The notes: a model not told the origin generated them from the letters alone. A stretch of DNA of 64,000 nt from Phoronis australis (GCA_002633005.1 NMRA01000997.1:1-64000), one strand, 5' to 3'; counted from the first letter of the stretch, positions 12,303 to 25,977 are shown. Program-made: numbers and translations.

Positions 12303-13039
12303 ATCAATGCAACTTGTCATGGTTAATCCGGCACTTAAGACAAATCTAAAATTTTACACGATTTGTTCATTGAAACAAAGTATGGTCGAATCGGAAGTCT
12401 CGTTCACGACCTTTGTCCTGCCTATACTGCCTACTGAGACAAAGCTGTACACTACAGTCTTTCACAGTGCAACGAAAGGTAATTTTTAGCACAGGTGGCG
12501 CTGTGTCAGATTGTAAGTTGTACACAAGGAATCTTCTGGTTTGTGCACACAGCACCTTATTCTCGTCTGTGGTAAAGGAAATTAATTGCAGGTTTGAAAT
12601 AGAAGCTGAATCACAAATCTTTTTGTAATGATAGACAAACCGAGGTTTGCATTGTGGTATTATTGCCCACGGTTGCCTAAAACCCGGTCTTGCTAAGCGG
12701 CCAGGGCACTGACATGAAAGTGATGAAGAAAGATTACCGAAAATAGGCTAATTATTTTCATCGTCGTCAAGTTCATGATTTCTAATGTTTGCCTGTGACT
12801 TGACGACATTGGACCCTTCATGTATCTGTTTTTAGCTCATATCGGTAACGGAAGTTTTGCAATATAAGCACTGAAAATTGTGTTTTGTAATTGTGAGAAC
12901 GTAACAATAACTTGATCATAAACCCCCCTTTCACATGTGCTGTTGCAATTAATTTGTGGTTAATTTTCTGTTCTGTCATGACTTTTAAAATTACCTTCTT
13001 GTTGATGATGTATTTTGTCCCTTCCGTTGTGTCCTAGAG

Positions 13040-13715
13040 ATTTTCTCGGCTGAGGCATTGTCACGGATTGGCGGCCCGGCATACAGGGGCAGGAAGGCGA
13101 CTAGTCAGGGGACGTGAATTTTAGTCAATATTGGTGACTGCATGCAGATGTTGGGATGACCAACGGACTCGTTAGGGAAGCTCATGGAACTGTTAATGAC
13201 TGCAAACTAGGAAGAACACCATTTTCATTAGTACCAGTCGACAATACGTACGCGTTTGGTTCTTTGTACGTGATCACTTCAATGTATTATCTTACTTAGA
13301 TCCGGTCAGGCTTCCTCAAGCGGGTTTTTGACGTAAAACCTGACATTACGCTACTTGTAAATTTATAACATGAAAACAGTACCATGAGACCATTCCAGCT
13401 TTTAATAATTGGTTTTCTTCCTTGAGCTAACTCACGAACTGATGGTCTTGTCGCCTAAAGACGTACAATACAGGAACAGCGACCGTCAGAGGGCACTACC
13501 TGACGGCGATGCAATAACCCGGGAGAGCTTGATTTCTGAGATGTACATAATTATTAATTTTTAAATTTGATTGCAGTTATTTGCGTTGAAGCATCGGTAG
13601 CAAGCGGGTTGGCTCGAATTCCTGCTATGGTTATAGTTGGTACAATGAATCTCGCTTTCCTTGCACCTGCAAGGAGTTGTGTAGGCTATAACTCGATATC
13701 CGAGTACTTTCTTTG
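13040..13715 (+). pseudogene. Possible G2E3-like HECT ubiquitin-ligase relic
   Basis: FSAEALSRIGGP (resembles FxGExxxDxGGP) at about 13043-13078. After acceptor ttgcag (13576): ICVEASVASGLARIPAMVIVGTMNLAFLAPARSC (resembles FATGxxRIPxxG...F...PxAxTC). Very decayed. Confidence 0.35.
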
Positions 13716-14150
13716 ATCACACATTTGGAAAATCGCCAGAGCAATATGAGTCATTGCTATCATAGATTACAGACAACAGATTCGCAACTCCGGCATTTTC
13801 ATAAGTGTTGGCTGAACTCTCATGACCTTTCTAGTACAGTTTCCAGTTATTGTATTTTGACGAGAAATATTTGCATCTACTTTATTGTCCAAAACAACGA
13901 AAAAATTATTAATTTAGGCATTGAAACGCTTTTCAAAGTCTTTCAATAGTAGAAGTGTTGGTATTGTGAGTACCTTTGGCAATGCTACTGGTAATTAATT
14001 ACAAAATTGAAACTTCGGTGCCGACTGATTATGTCGTCTGCTTGCCTAATAGCAGCATTGTTATCGGACAGCTTTTGATTTATGGTTCACATAGACCTAC
14101 TGAGAAAACTACGAAAGCACGTTTATAAATCAACATTCTCAAGTGAGCAG

Positions 14151-14194
14151 TTCTTCTGGGAAGTGTTGAGTGGCCCTTAAAAATGCCGTTGGTT
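14151..14194 (-). promoter_or_regulatory. Histone-type 3'-end stem-loop plus purine-rich downstream element
   Basis: Minus strand reads AACCAAC-GGCATT-TTTA-AGGGCC-ACTCAACACTT-CCCAGAAGAA: a 16-nt stem-loop at 14172-14187 with two changes from GGCCCTTTTAAGGGCC, correct A/C-rich flanks, and a purine run about 12 nt downstream. No histone ORF nearby. Confidence 0.6.
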
Positions 14195-14239
14195 GTAGAT
14201 ATAGCGTGAAATGGTTCTTGAAAGAATCGTTGAATAATT

Positions 14240-14580
14240 CAACATAAATCACACAGTATACCGTGCTCACTCATGAAGGTCCTCTTCATTCAAGTTTTCA
14301 TCTGGGAAGGTTGGATGAAAACGGAGGAGATGGCAATATCGATGACAGTTGTATCACCTTATATAAATGTTTCCGTTCTCCAACGTTATCACGAACCCTG
14401 CCTTTTTCAGTTCTTGTTCCTGGATTCAGAAATAACCCTGAACCATGGGAAAAAAGACATGCAACGAAAACGAATCAAATTTTGAAAATCATCGCCTTCG
14501 TACGATTCCGTGTTGCTGTCGCCAGACTGATGTTCCTTCCCAACATCAATGTCGAAAATCGACGTTACAAGTGATGAAAA
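14240..14580 (-). pseudogene. Internally deleted rve-type integrase/transposase relic (IS3EU-like, tentative)
   Basis: FFP..MVQGYF*IQGTRTEKGRVRDNVGERKHLYKV (one frameshift) resembles FPxxGxxMVxGxLRSxGIRVQRxRVRESL...RRxYSV of invertebrate integrase-core proteins. The catalytic core is missing. Confidence 0.45.
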
Positions 14581-15811
14581 CTTGTGTTCTTTGTTTCTAA
14601 CTTTTAACCTATTTTTTAAGAAAGGGGTGTACTGATTTTGTCTAAAGTTGATAGAGCATAACTTTTGGTTTTTACAATGCGTTAATTGTGTCGAGTGCAT
14701 TCATATTAGGTGGCTTCATTCAGTTGAACAGAAAATAAATTAAATGTAACACAATAAAGTTTTGAAAATAAATAGAACAGCAACAGGACTCCCTAAAAAT
14801 CGAGCCGTTTTCGAAAACTTTGCGCCATTGGTGATCTGATTGGTTCATGCAATTACGGCGGGAAAATAATAGACCAAGTGTCGTGCACGTGTGCACTGTA
14901 GCAACACTTTGTATCTTATTCTTATTTGGCCAATCTGTTGATACAGTAAATTTCATTATTTATGCCCATCCTGATTTGACTGCAACTTGAGCGTGTTGGG
15001 CCATATCATATATTGGGTTGGCATTAGGACCCACATGATGCTTACTCGATGGGCTTCATTTTACCAAGTATTTCAAATTGAGGTGAAGTAAATAAACAAA
15101 GTGGGTAATTATCATCACCAGAATTTCATCATTAGTATCTTTTGCCGGGTTCTCAAATTTTCTGAGACAAGGGATTGTCAGATTTGTAAGGTAGAAGTGT
15201 TTCGCTGGATTCCCCGGTCTGTGGCGTTATTTATAGCGGACCAAAATTAAAAAAAACAGACCTTTGTTTAAATCAGGAGCTGCATGATACACATTTATTA
15301 GACATGCGCAAGCATTGCACTTATCACTTGGAACCATTTTTATGGTTTATTAATATATAGCTAAACCAAGCTGAGGAGCTTGAAACCTGATTCACGGCAA
15401 TTTTTGGCAGTGGGATTTTCTGAAAAATGCTCATAAGTTGACAACAAAGTTTGATAGCAATGCACTGCAATTTTGTAGAAACTCTGTCACAGGTTACAGA
15501 TTCGTCAAAGAGCGTAAATTTGATGAATTCTAGCTTATGATTTCACCTGTTTCGGAGACCGGGTTTCAACCACTTTTGGGCTATAATAAGGGACCTCTTC
15601 CTGGCCGCTTATTAGGGCGAATACGGTAATATTTCAGAAGGGCAATACTTAGTATCCTTTATGCACGGGACCCTTTTGTTACATTAGGAGTGGGATTGGC
15701 TCTTTATGTACCCTACAGGTGGCATAGGACTTAACAAAACTGGTTGAAGAATTTTGTTTTCGTCATAAACGTTTGTTTCAATGGCTTAAGTTTGGAAGAG
15801 TTAAGACTTAA

Positions 15812-17029
15812 AAGGGGACTGTAGTCAAAATAATGTTGCAGTTAATCGGTTCTAACATACAAATAAAACTCGCATTTGCCTGACTTGCGTGCCAAACTAA
15901 AGCCAATTCGAATTCATGGTCAAAACACTGAATTCTGAAAGCGATCGCTGATTGGCTGATGTGTCAGTGACGTGAACGGCGGGGTATCGGCTGCTTTACA
16001 CATTCATTGCTTATGTCATATTTGAAGAGTTTACATCGTAATTTATCATTGTATCAATCGTCCTTATTTTTTATTGTTTGCCACAGTGCTGTAAAAGGTT
16101 CGCTATGCCTTTTTGTATGGCACCTGGTTGCTCAAACTCTTCGAAAAAGGCGTCTTCTAAAGGAATGGTCATCGCATACCATCGCCGGGTTACCCAAGCC
16201 TTGGCCCAAAGCTCAGTGTANNNNNNNNNNNNNNNNNNNNNNNNNNNNNNNNNNNNNNNNNNNNNNNNNNNNNNNNNNNNNNNNNNNNNNNNNNNNNNNN
16301 NNNNNNNNNNNNNNNNNNNNNNNNNNNNNNNNNNNNNNNNNNNNNNNNNNNNNNNNNNNNNNNNNNNNNNNNNNNNNNNNNNNNNNNNNNNNNNNNNNNN
16401 NNNNNNNNNNNNNNNNNNNNNNNNNNNNNNNNNNNNNNNNNATATGTTGATGTAGCCTAAGTTTTACGACGAGGTGACGAGCATAACTGAGTCAACTATA
16501 CCCGGGTAGTCAACGGCTGTCTGAAATTTCGGGGTTAACGGAGCTCAACACACAGTGGTACGATAGTCTTCATACAGCTACAGTAGGGAACTTACCAACC
16601 CTTCAAGTTTACAGAGCTGCCGGAGTATTGGCTGACAGCTGGCTGACTGGATGGCTAGCGTCCACATTGCCCTCGGCACAGTCACTGACACCAGTTGCAC
16701 CGGCAAATTTTCGTCTGACGATGACGATGACTGGGTATCACTTTGTGTTGCCTCGGCTCAAACAGGTATCCCTGGTGACCCGACATTTCACACTAAAATT
16801 TCTTATTCCGACAATATGAAAAACGCTAGTTGGTTGCACGCTAACACAGGACAGTGACTTTGCCTCCGCCAAATACCTCACGAGACTAAGCAGCGCTCCA
16901 AGCCGGTAATTTTTTTTAGCTTCGTTAGAGAATATAAGTTTAATTTTTGGTGTTGAATTATTTGTGAAATTAATCAATAATTCATAGAAAACTATCCAGA
17001 ATTTATTCAGAATAAATTACAGTTCCCTT
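15812..17029 (+). mobile_element. Non-autonomous Kolobok-type element with THAP start (ATG 16105); spans an N gap
   Basis: TTAA|aaggggactgta ... tacagttccctt|TTAA (11/12 TIR match); MPFCMAPGCSNSSKK...IAYHR is a THAP N-terminus. Confidence 0.7.
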
Positions 17030-17559
17030 TTAAGGCGGAAATTTAAAAACCATTTGTCCGCTTACAGAAATTTAACATTGAAGAATAAAAATAACCTTCA
17101 CACCCTTCTGGTGTTCCTGTTCCATGTTTTCAAGGAAGTTGGTTGCATTTTCATAGACTACAGATTTGTGCGGCATATATTGTGTAACCTGCTGGTGAAC
17201 TGCAAGATAGAGTTTGACTGGTCCAGTTGGTTATTTCTGAAGTGTTAATGTAATCTTTATTTGTGTTTAAGGTTTTACCAGCGTTCTATTTATTTGTACA
17301 CGAATGTGCATTTGTTGAAATCCCTGATCCAAATCCAGGCCAAATGTGCGCATTCTGCTGAGACCAACCGTCTGATCAGGGCCAGCGAAGAGTAATTTGG
17401 TTGATTCGCTCACTAGACTATGACTGAAGTTCCTCGTACGTAAGGAAAGGAGTCACTACCTTTGGAAGAAATTAAGCGGACACTTTTCGTCAAAAAGTTT
17501 ACCAGAGAGTTTTCATCAAAACGGAGAAAATATAAATGGATTTGTGAGGACAGGATTAA

Positions 17560-17763
17560 GTAGTAGACTATTAGAGCCTCTTAAAAAACATTCATCTTCG
17601 AAGTGCCTTGAACAAATGTATGAAGTCTTATTGCTAAAATAACTTCCATTCACGTTGACACAAGAAGTAAGCTTTTCTTCCCACAGCCGATTATGGGGTG
17701 TTCGGATGGTGTGGAAGCTAATTCCTTTGCATTTCGGGTGTGTGGCCACACAGTAGCCGACCA
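17560..17763 (-). pseudogene. THAP-domain relic with its start codon split by a MITE
   Basis: VGYCVAT...GISFHTI...LWEEKL...YICSRHFEDECF (C2CH THAP motifs). Removing 17764-18573 restores ATG GTC GGC TAC TGT. Confidence 0.7.
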
Positions 17764-18564
17764 GCAGAATGGTGAATGTTGGCCAAATCCCCTTTTGTCC
17801 ACTGACGTCACAAGCATGCTGGCGCCCCCAAATGGAGGTTAGGAGACTTTGCACTGGTAGCCTGCCCTTGTAGAATCTGAAGTTTGTTTACACAACTGGT
17901 AACTCGACTCAGGGTGATGACTGACATCATTTGTATGAAACAAAGATACTCTGTACCGATACATTTGCTTGTATGCCAGGCCACGGACAGTACTGTTCTT
18001 GAATGGAATTATTTACGGATTTTTAGGCCAACCTTTGGCAAATGCGACTCGATTTAGGATGAACAAAAGATACCATTTTGGTCGACATAACTTTCAATAT
18101 TTTAATATGAAAAACAAAATAACCCGGAATGCTCGGCCGCATTCAACTCACTGGCAGCAGACGTCTTATCACTGCCGTAAATCATGAGAAGCTCAAACGT
18201 AAGTTTTACACAACCTCTGCATACTAAGTATCGTGGCCATTCGCAGTAGGCCCCAGTACCCGCGGGCGCAGGACTCAGTTCAGACACTCAACTGAGCAAA
18301 ATTATTTATCATGCTGCAGCCTCAGAATTCACTATGTAACATACCACAAAAACGTTCTTAATTCTTAGATTTTGAGGATTGACGAAAGTCACGATACATA
18401 GAATTATCCAAATCTGTGACTCGTCTGATGCTACTTGGTCCGCACTGATAGGCTAAATCAGTGGTTAACTCGGTTTACGAGTTCTCATGGCCTCCACTGG
18501 GGGCGCCAGCGTGCGTGTGACGTCAGTGGACAAAACGGGATTTGGCCAACATTCACCATTCTGC
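17764..18564. mobile_element. MULE-type MITE with ~75-bp TIR and 9-bp TSD
   Basis: gcagaatggtgaatgttggccaaatccc... versus ...gggatttggccaacattcaccattctgc; flanks agccgacca (17755-17763) and agccgacta (18565-18573). The same terminus recurs at 32521-32541. Confidence 0.85.
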
Positions 18565-18744
18565 AGCCGACTATGATTAGCAGACGACGTACTTGCCGGA
18601 AATTGCACCAGAAAATTTAGCCAGGTGTCGCCAGTGAATAATGACGTAAGGGCTTATGCGTAAGATCACATATTTCGTCCATTGAAAGTATACGGAGTTG
18701 GCGGTTCATGTACTATAGTCTATGTTGCTATGAATAAACGCGCG

Positions 18745-21700
18745 GCAAAAGGTACCCGCTCATCCAAAACATTTACGGCAAACAGATGGCGCTGGATGCA
18801 ATGATGCTTTACTAACAGGCAGCGCTGCTTACAGTCATGTGACATTCTTGTGTGAACTGAATCTTGACCCAGCACCTTGACCTACATTCTACAGCTGCTG
18901 ACGTCACATTGCCGTTGTGACAACGTGACATGATGAACTCAGTGCTTCACTCTTTGTTTATACCGTAAGTTGTTATTAATCATGGCCACCAACATGTTCA
19001 TAGTGCATGGTTCAGTTCGTTAAATAGATACTATATCAGTTGAAACCACTTTCTTTTGCCTTAGTGTTGATAGAACATAAAATATTACAGACGTTTCTAC
19101 TTGGTGAACCTTCAGCTGCCGTGCCGTGCCGTGCCGTGCCGTGCCACGGCCAGTCCGGTCTGCTGGGCTCAGTGTTGTTGCCGGCTAACGAGACACTGAA
19201 CGAGAAAATATCGCAAGAGAATAAAACCTAACATGTATATCACCATGTATAATTCAAGCATAATTTAAAAAATGTAGTGGTTATATTTCAACCTAATTAA
19301 AATTATGGTTGTGAAGTTGCCAAAATCTCGCCGGGCGGAAAAGTGGCCGGGCCCGGTTTAGTAGCCTCACCATGGACATGGTCACGTTAATTGAATATAT
19401 ATTTTACCCCAGCGTTTAGGCCGAGCAACCACAACAGCGTATATTATTAACACTTTCATCTTAATTATATGTTATAAATAGTTGTTACAAATGGGATTTT
19501 AAACATGGAATGTCGGACACAAAGATTTCTTTTCCACACAAATTCGCCACTCATCAGGACATACACTGTCTGGTTCATGAACTCTCGTGACCTGTGGTTA
19601 CAGTCAGCAGCAGCAGAATGTAGGTCAAGGTTCTTGGTTAAGATTCTCTGGCAGACAGTCTTNNNNNNNNNNNNNNNNNNNNNNNNNNNNNNNNNNNNNN
19701 NNNNNNNNNNNNNNNNNNNNNNNNNNNNNNNNNNNNNNNNNNNNNNNNNNNNNNNNNNNNNNNNNNNNNNNNNNNNNNNNNNNNNNNNNNNNNNNNNNNN
19801 NNNNNNNNNNNNNNNNNNNNNNNNNNNNNNNNNNNNNNNNNNNNNNNNNNNNNNNNNNNNNNNNNNNNNNNNNNNNNNNNNNNNNNNNNNNNNNNNNNNN
19901 NNNNNNNNNNNNNNNNNNNNNNNNNNNNNNNNNNNNNNNNNNNNNNNNNNNNNNNNNNNNNNNNNNNNNNNNNNNNNNNNNNNNNNNNNNNNNNNNNNNN
20001 NNNNNNNNNNNNNNNNNNNNNNNNNNNNNNNNNNNNNNNNNNNNNNNNNNNNNNNNNNNNNNNNNNNNNNNNNNNNNNNNNNNNNNNNNNNNNNNNNNNN
20101 NNNNNNNNNNNNNNNNNNNNNNNNNNNNNNNNNNNNNNNNNNNNNNNNNNNNNNNNNNNNNNNNNNNNNNNNNNNNNNNNNNNNNNNNNNNNNNNNNNNN
20201 NNNNNNNNNNNNNNNNNNNNNNNNNNNNNNNNNNNNNNNNNNNNNNNNNNNNNNNNNNNNNNNNNNNNNNNNNNNNNNNNNNNNNNNNNNNNNNNNNNNN
20301 NNNNNNNNNNNNNNNNNNNNNNNNNNNNNNNNNNNNNNNNNNNNNNNNNNNNNNNNNNNNNNNNNNNNNNNNNNNNNNNNNNNNNNNNNNNNNNNNNNNN
20401 NNNNNNNNNNNNNNNNNNNNNNNNNNNNNNNNNNNNNNNNNNNNNNNNNNNNNNNNNNNNNNNNNNNNNNNNNNNNNNNNNNNNNNNNNNNNNNNNNNNN
20501 NNNNNNNNNNNNNNNNNNNNNNNNAATCTTAGAAATTCAGAGCGTATGTCCATGACTCACTCAACATCTAATTGGCTAACAAAAATATCTTAGAAGTTAT
20601 CATCAAAGTGCAATTCACCCATAATTAATGTTGATGTATGCATTGAAAGTGTGAGACCCAACAAATTATTTTCCTAGGAAGAAAATATTTTTCACAAAGT
20701 TGATCAAAATATTCTCTGATTATAAACCCACTGTCCATCAAAATGGAATTGATTGAGTCACAGCTACTAGTATGTGACTTGCATTCAATTTGTTCCTTTT
20801 GTATGCATAGCTTTCTTTACTCCATGTTACTTCTTGCAGTCTTCTTGTCTCAATGTACCCACTTGTAGCTCAGTGCAAACCGATTCTGCCTTCTGGAACA
20901 TAACACTCATGGACGGCGCACCATAGGGGGCTGGGGGGGAGGCTATAGCCCCCACTTTTTTCAGTGCTCCGACGCCCATGGTCTATTTGTGGTGTACCAC
21001 AGGGGGGGCTGGGGGGCTGCGCTGCCCATGACACATATGACAGTTTGTCTTTGATTCTGCAAACATTGACCATCATGATTTTAAATGGTTGTCTTTTATA
21101 TTTTGAAACTTTAATGTTTTATTTTGTGATATTATTTTAAGGATGAGTCCTCATGCAGCGGATAAGCTTGCATAATAATAGCATTATTTTGCTTTCTCAT
21201 CAGATCACTGTCAAGCTTCAGCAGAGTTTATTCATGAAGACCATGTTTATTTTCAGTGTTGTTGCCTTACTCGAAGGAAGTAAGCAGTAAGAATTTCGTC
21301 CTGATGTGCCACCACTGCGTTAATGTAGGATACCCAGCCGTACCAGGCCTCTTCCCTGTGAAAGTCACAAAGACAGATCTCTGCACACACATAGAGAAAG
21401 TTAACAAGTATGTAGTTCGAGGGACTTTACAACTCATGTTTGGTGTTACAAATGATTTTTTTGTTCATGGACTTTTTGCTGTGAAATAAGTCTTTCACCT
21501 TACTAGAGCTTTAGAAAGGATATCTTATACAGTAAACGAGAGTGGTCTTTGAAATTGTAGTAAGATTTGTTGCAGATACGAATGTTAAATCTGTGCTCTC
21601 TAACAAACATGCATGTATATTCGCTGGCTGTAACAAGTGACATGCTTGAAAAAAGAACAGAAAAAGTAAAATTTGGACCACCCCCACCAATGCCTAGTTA

Positions 21701-24700
21701 GGTTTTTTGGTAATTTTTAAGAGTCCAAATTAGGAAATACGAGTGCAAATTTTCAAATATAAGTCAGATTTTAAAGGGAACTGTTTCTCCTGTATGGTGC
21801 GCTGGATTGTCATTTCATCAGAAAAGCAACATGTATGGTTTCTAGTAATAACAAAGTTTCAGATTTCCCAAGCTTAGTAGTTTAATTAAAATTCTGACAT
21901 TGTGAGGAAGAAGCAGCAAGTGGTTTAATTTTCAGTTTGTACCTTCGAACCTAAGGGGGTTTATGCAATGCCTAAGATTGGCGGTGAAATCTATATATCG
22001 TATACAGAAAACAGCAGTGTGTTGTTACCAAGCTGTTTAACGGAAAATGTTGAATGCTATAGGCATTAAATTGAGGATCTTACAAAACATTTACCAGTTC
22101 AGTAATGTCATTACTACTGTGTAAAGTAAGTAAGTACCTGAAAACACATTTACACAGTTTTAATTGCTGAAGTTTCTATTTCAGATGCATCAACCACAAA
22201 ACATCTTGGATCCCATTCTTCATTGTGCTGTCTCAGGACCAATAGAGCCTTCTGCAAGGATGCAATATTTTCATTTTCGAGTACCAGCCATCACTTCATA
22301 TCCAGCATTTGTCGTGACACATACTAAAAACAGAGGATGGGCTTACAAAGTAGTCTGGTGTCTATAATAGAATTATTGAAATGTAGTAGGGTGTAAAATT
22401 CGTAAGTCTTAATTATTGATGACATTTGCCATATGGTGTGCTTAAAGGTTATGTAGTACTTAATCGACAAGTCTGTACATTAAGTCACACATTTAGGAAA
22501 CTGTAGAATTTTACTTCGTGTTGTATAACATAATGTTCAAGATGAATCTCAAAAATGCTGTTACAGTTTGCTAAATTACCGTCTCATTTTTGTTTTATGC
22601 AATGTAAAAAATTCATGAAATTTATGCAATTCCTACTTTCTGGTTGGCCCTCACGCCAATGTGGAACATTTAAAAAAAAAAAAACATTTCTAACAGCATG
22701 TTGGAAATTAGTTTATAGCATATATTCTGTGAAATTTTCACGTGAATCCAATCAGCATCTTGTAAGATGTCCCAAAGATGGACAAAATTGGACATTTTGA
22801 TAGGGTCCTACATAACCAAAATGCTTTATGATTATTACGTATTAAGCATCATTAACATTACCTCTGACAATTATGTCTTGCAGTGCTTGATTTAGTGAAC
22901 AACAGATTGTGTTTGATCACCTGGTAAAAATCCCAAGTCGCCATGAAGTCACCACTGCGAGTATCAAAGTCAGACAATAATTCCCTCGAAATTTGTTTCA
23001 AAGTTTGTGTTGACTCCCAAATTTTAAGTTACAAAAAGTTTTCTTATATTTGATACCTTTGTTTACAATTGTTTTGTTTATTTTATGAAATCGGTGCATT
23101 TGCCACCACAGCAGTCAGCACTTGTCAAACTTGCATTAAAATTACATCAGGAAGTACACAGGTGGAAGTTGGCGATAATCATGCATGATGAGTGAAACTA
23201 GCGCCTACAGTGTATATGATCACCTACATTCTGGGTATGCGACATAAGTTCTCAATAACGGAGTATAGCATAACCTTTTTAGCCAACTATTCTGATGACA
23301 AACATCAGTTTTCGACGACGTCAGATTTCCTTTGGCGACCTGGAATTTTCAGCAAGTAGCCAAATGTGACTTGGCTTCAAGCTAAGTGTTGAGCATCGTC
23401 TTACAATGCCGTCAATATCCCAAGATTGGTTAAGTGTGATCATTTTTGCAAACCTAAAATATTCATGGTTCTTTAATGAGAATATTTTGAAAGTGATGAG
23501 CAGCAGGGGACGCTCCTGTAATTGAAAGTATTATTACCTTGTCCATGACATGAGCTAAATGTTACTCTGACATTGGCAGATCAACAAATATGTATTTTTC
23601 AACACATACTTGCTCTCAGTTAGGAAACATCAAGTCGTTTTGAAGTGCCTCTGGCATCTTTTCTCTGTGATATAATATGCATTGTGGTCGAGATGGTAGT
23701 TGGATAAGAGATGACTATGGAAAATGTAGCTAGTGAATCTGTTGTACCATTAGCATAACAAGGTATGACGTCGAGTTAAAATCAGAAACTTCAGACTAGA
23801 GCAAACCAAGTTTGTACTGGCTTAAGTAATCGCTTAAAAGCACACAATGCATGTTCTTAAAAACATTCATTTTGGTTTGTGTTTTTAGAGTATGTCTCAG
23901 TACTGAATGCTATGAACTTTCACAATTTTGACATGTGTTTAAACTGCCCTATTGCTGAATGAATGAATTCAGTGTTTGGTCATTGAGGCTAACTTCATTT
24001 AATGTACTTAGAAATGTGTTTTGATTTGTTTTGACATTACCTAATAAACACTACATAGGACTTTAATTATACTTGGTTGCTATGCTCATCTTGTACCCTC
24101 GAAAAGCAACAACTTCTTGCATGCATATTGATTCTTCACATCCTCGTTTTTTTTCCATCCAGTGACTTGCTTGGTCTGTACTTTTTGTCTGTATGCGTGT
24201 TCAGTCTGTAATACCTGTAGAATGAGCTCTAGATTTAGTGATGGGGAAACAAGTAAGTATATCAAACTAATCATGATGCTGTTTTACATTTGATTCTAGC
24301 TTTTACAACATGATTGTACTTCAGCATCATCACCTACTTCACTTAAAATGTATGGCAAAGTGTCACAAATACTTGTAATGTTCTTGATTTGTTGTGTATA
24401 CTGAACGTTACTCAGATGTCTTAGGATTCAATACCTTTTTTGCTTTTGTCTGTTTGAGATTTGATGATACTTCATTACTTTTGAACCCATTAAGCTTATC
24501 GTAGAACTGTTTTCCTTTGCCCATCATCTTCAGTTCTGACTGTAAAGTTACTGTGGTTGTCTGAAAGAGAGGAATATACATATTAGTAACAGTTTAGTTT
24601 TTTTCACTGAAATGGTAAATTTGCTATTTTGCGTAGTATTAGGTTATGATTAACTGTCAGGCAAAGTAGAAAAATATATCCTACAGCATACAAAATTGAT

Positions 24701-25977
24701 CCGTGTGTGTAACCTTTTTGGGTTCTGACAGCCAGGGTAGTTTAACTTGGAAACAGGGATATCTTTAACAGTCTTGGACTGGAGCACTTATGCAAACCTG
24801 TATGGCTGCCATCATGGGGCCACTAGCAACACTAATCAGCACAAAACTATCGGAACTTATCAGCCCAAAAATACACCAGCAATGTAAGAAACCCCAATAT
24901 AACGAAATCAGTAGTGTGAGCACTGTGGTTGGTACCAACAAAACAAACTAAAAGTACACCAAAATCAATAGAACACACAGTTGGACATTATAATCTGTAT
25001 CCGATCTGGAGAGAAAGTGAAAACTTACTTTGAGTACTGAGCTAAGTGGATAGTGTTATTAACCACAAATGTCTCGTGACGAAGTCTTTGATATGAGTTT
25101 TAAAACTACCAAAGAATAATTGCATGTATTCCAACTCACCTTCACTGGGTTCATATAGGCCAAATTTCCAAGTGCTCTTTAACATCCGTGTAGTTGACTG
25201 ACATCTCCACTTCAAAATCTTTTACTGGATTTGATGCTGCCTCGTAATTTTCTACAAAGCCATGGATATTACCCCCAGTGTTTTTTGAAATACTTCATCC
25301 ACTCTTTTTTTGTGGAGACACTCCGACAAATGCTCACATTTTCTTTGCTTGCCTGTGCGGTATGTGGGGAGAGCAGAGGGCCCCACTTTTCCACACACTC
25401 AAAAAATCTGACAATGTTTATAAAAATATTCAGATCTTCAATTTTTTTTAAAGTGGATGTAAATTGAGCTCAACCTAAATGAAAATAAGGTTTTATTCGA
25501 AATAGTTTCAAAATTCCTTTTTAATATTAAAGCTCTGTGTGAGTCCGTGTGTGTGAGTAAACTCTGTGTGAGTAGATAAATTGTATACATGTGAAATAAT
25601 TTATTTCGAATGAAAATGATTTATTTATATTCATTACCATTTCATTGTAATCCTAACATTTTATTCATGTATTTGTGTATAATTTTTATATTTCTTTATA
25701 TATGCCTGTTGGCACTTTCTGTGACAATTTCACAATAAACATTAAAAAAATTTTTTACTGCAGTTTCATCTCCACAATCCATTGCACAAATAAGTCTTAA
25801 CGTCCAGCTGATCAAATTTTGGTAGCCGCGCGCTTTTGTCTTTCGTATCTTCTTTGTAGAAGAGTGTCTGGGAATCCCTGCACTCCAAAAATAGAATCAT
25901 GATTTTCGACAACAGATGTCCTTGCTGCATACCTGGATTGGCTCGTTGACATTGTCCCGCTCCCGGGTACCTTTTGC
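18745..25977 (-). mobile_element. Dead spliced MULE/Mutator transposon, copy 1
   Basis: Minus-strand exon relics HGFVENYEAA..VKDFEVE (~25140-25265), KKRGCEESICMQEVVAFRGYK (~24090-24160), AHPLFLVCVTTNAGYEV..ENENIASLQKALLVLRQHNEEWDPRCFVVDASEIETSAI (22155-22345), LCDFHREEAW (~21340-21375). Termini gcaaaaggtacccg (18745) and cgggtaccttttgc (25964-25977). Confidence 0.75.

Noticed and set aside
19117-19145. (TGCCG)5 run; also (AAAAC)n near 58147
   Set aside because: Ordinary microsatellites.
19465-20593. Three ORFs over 300 aa (also 16007-16455)
   Set aside because: Artefacts of N runs.
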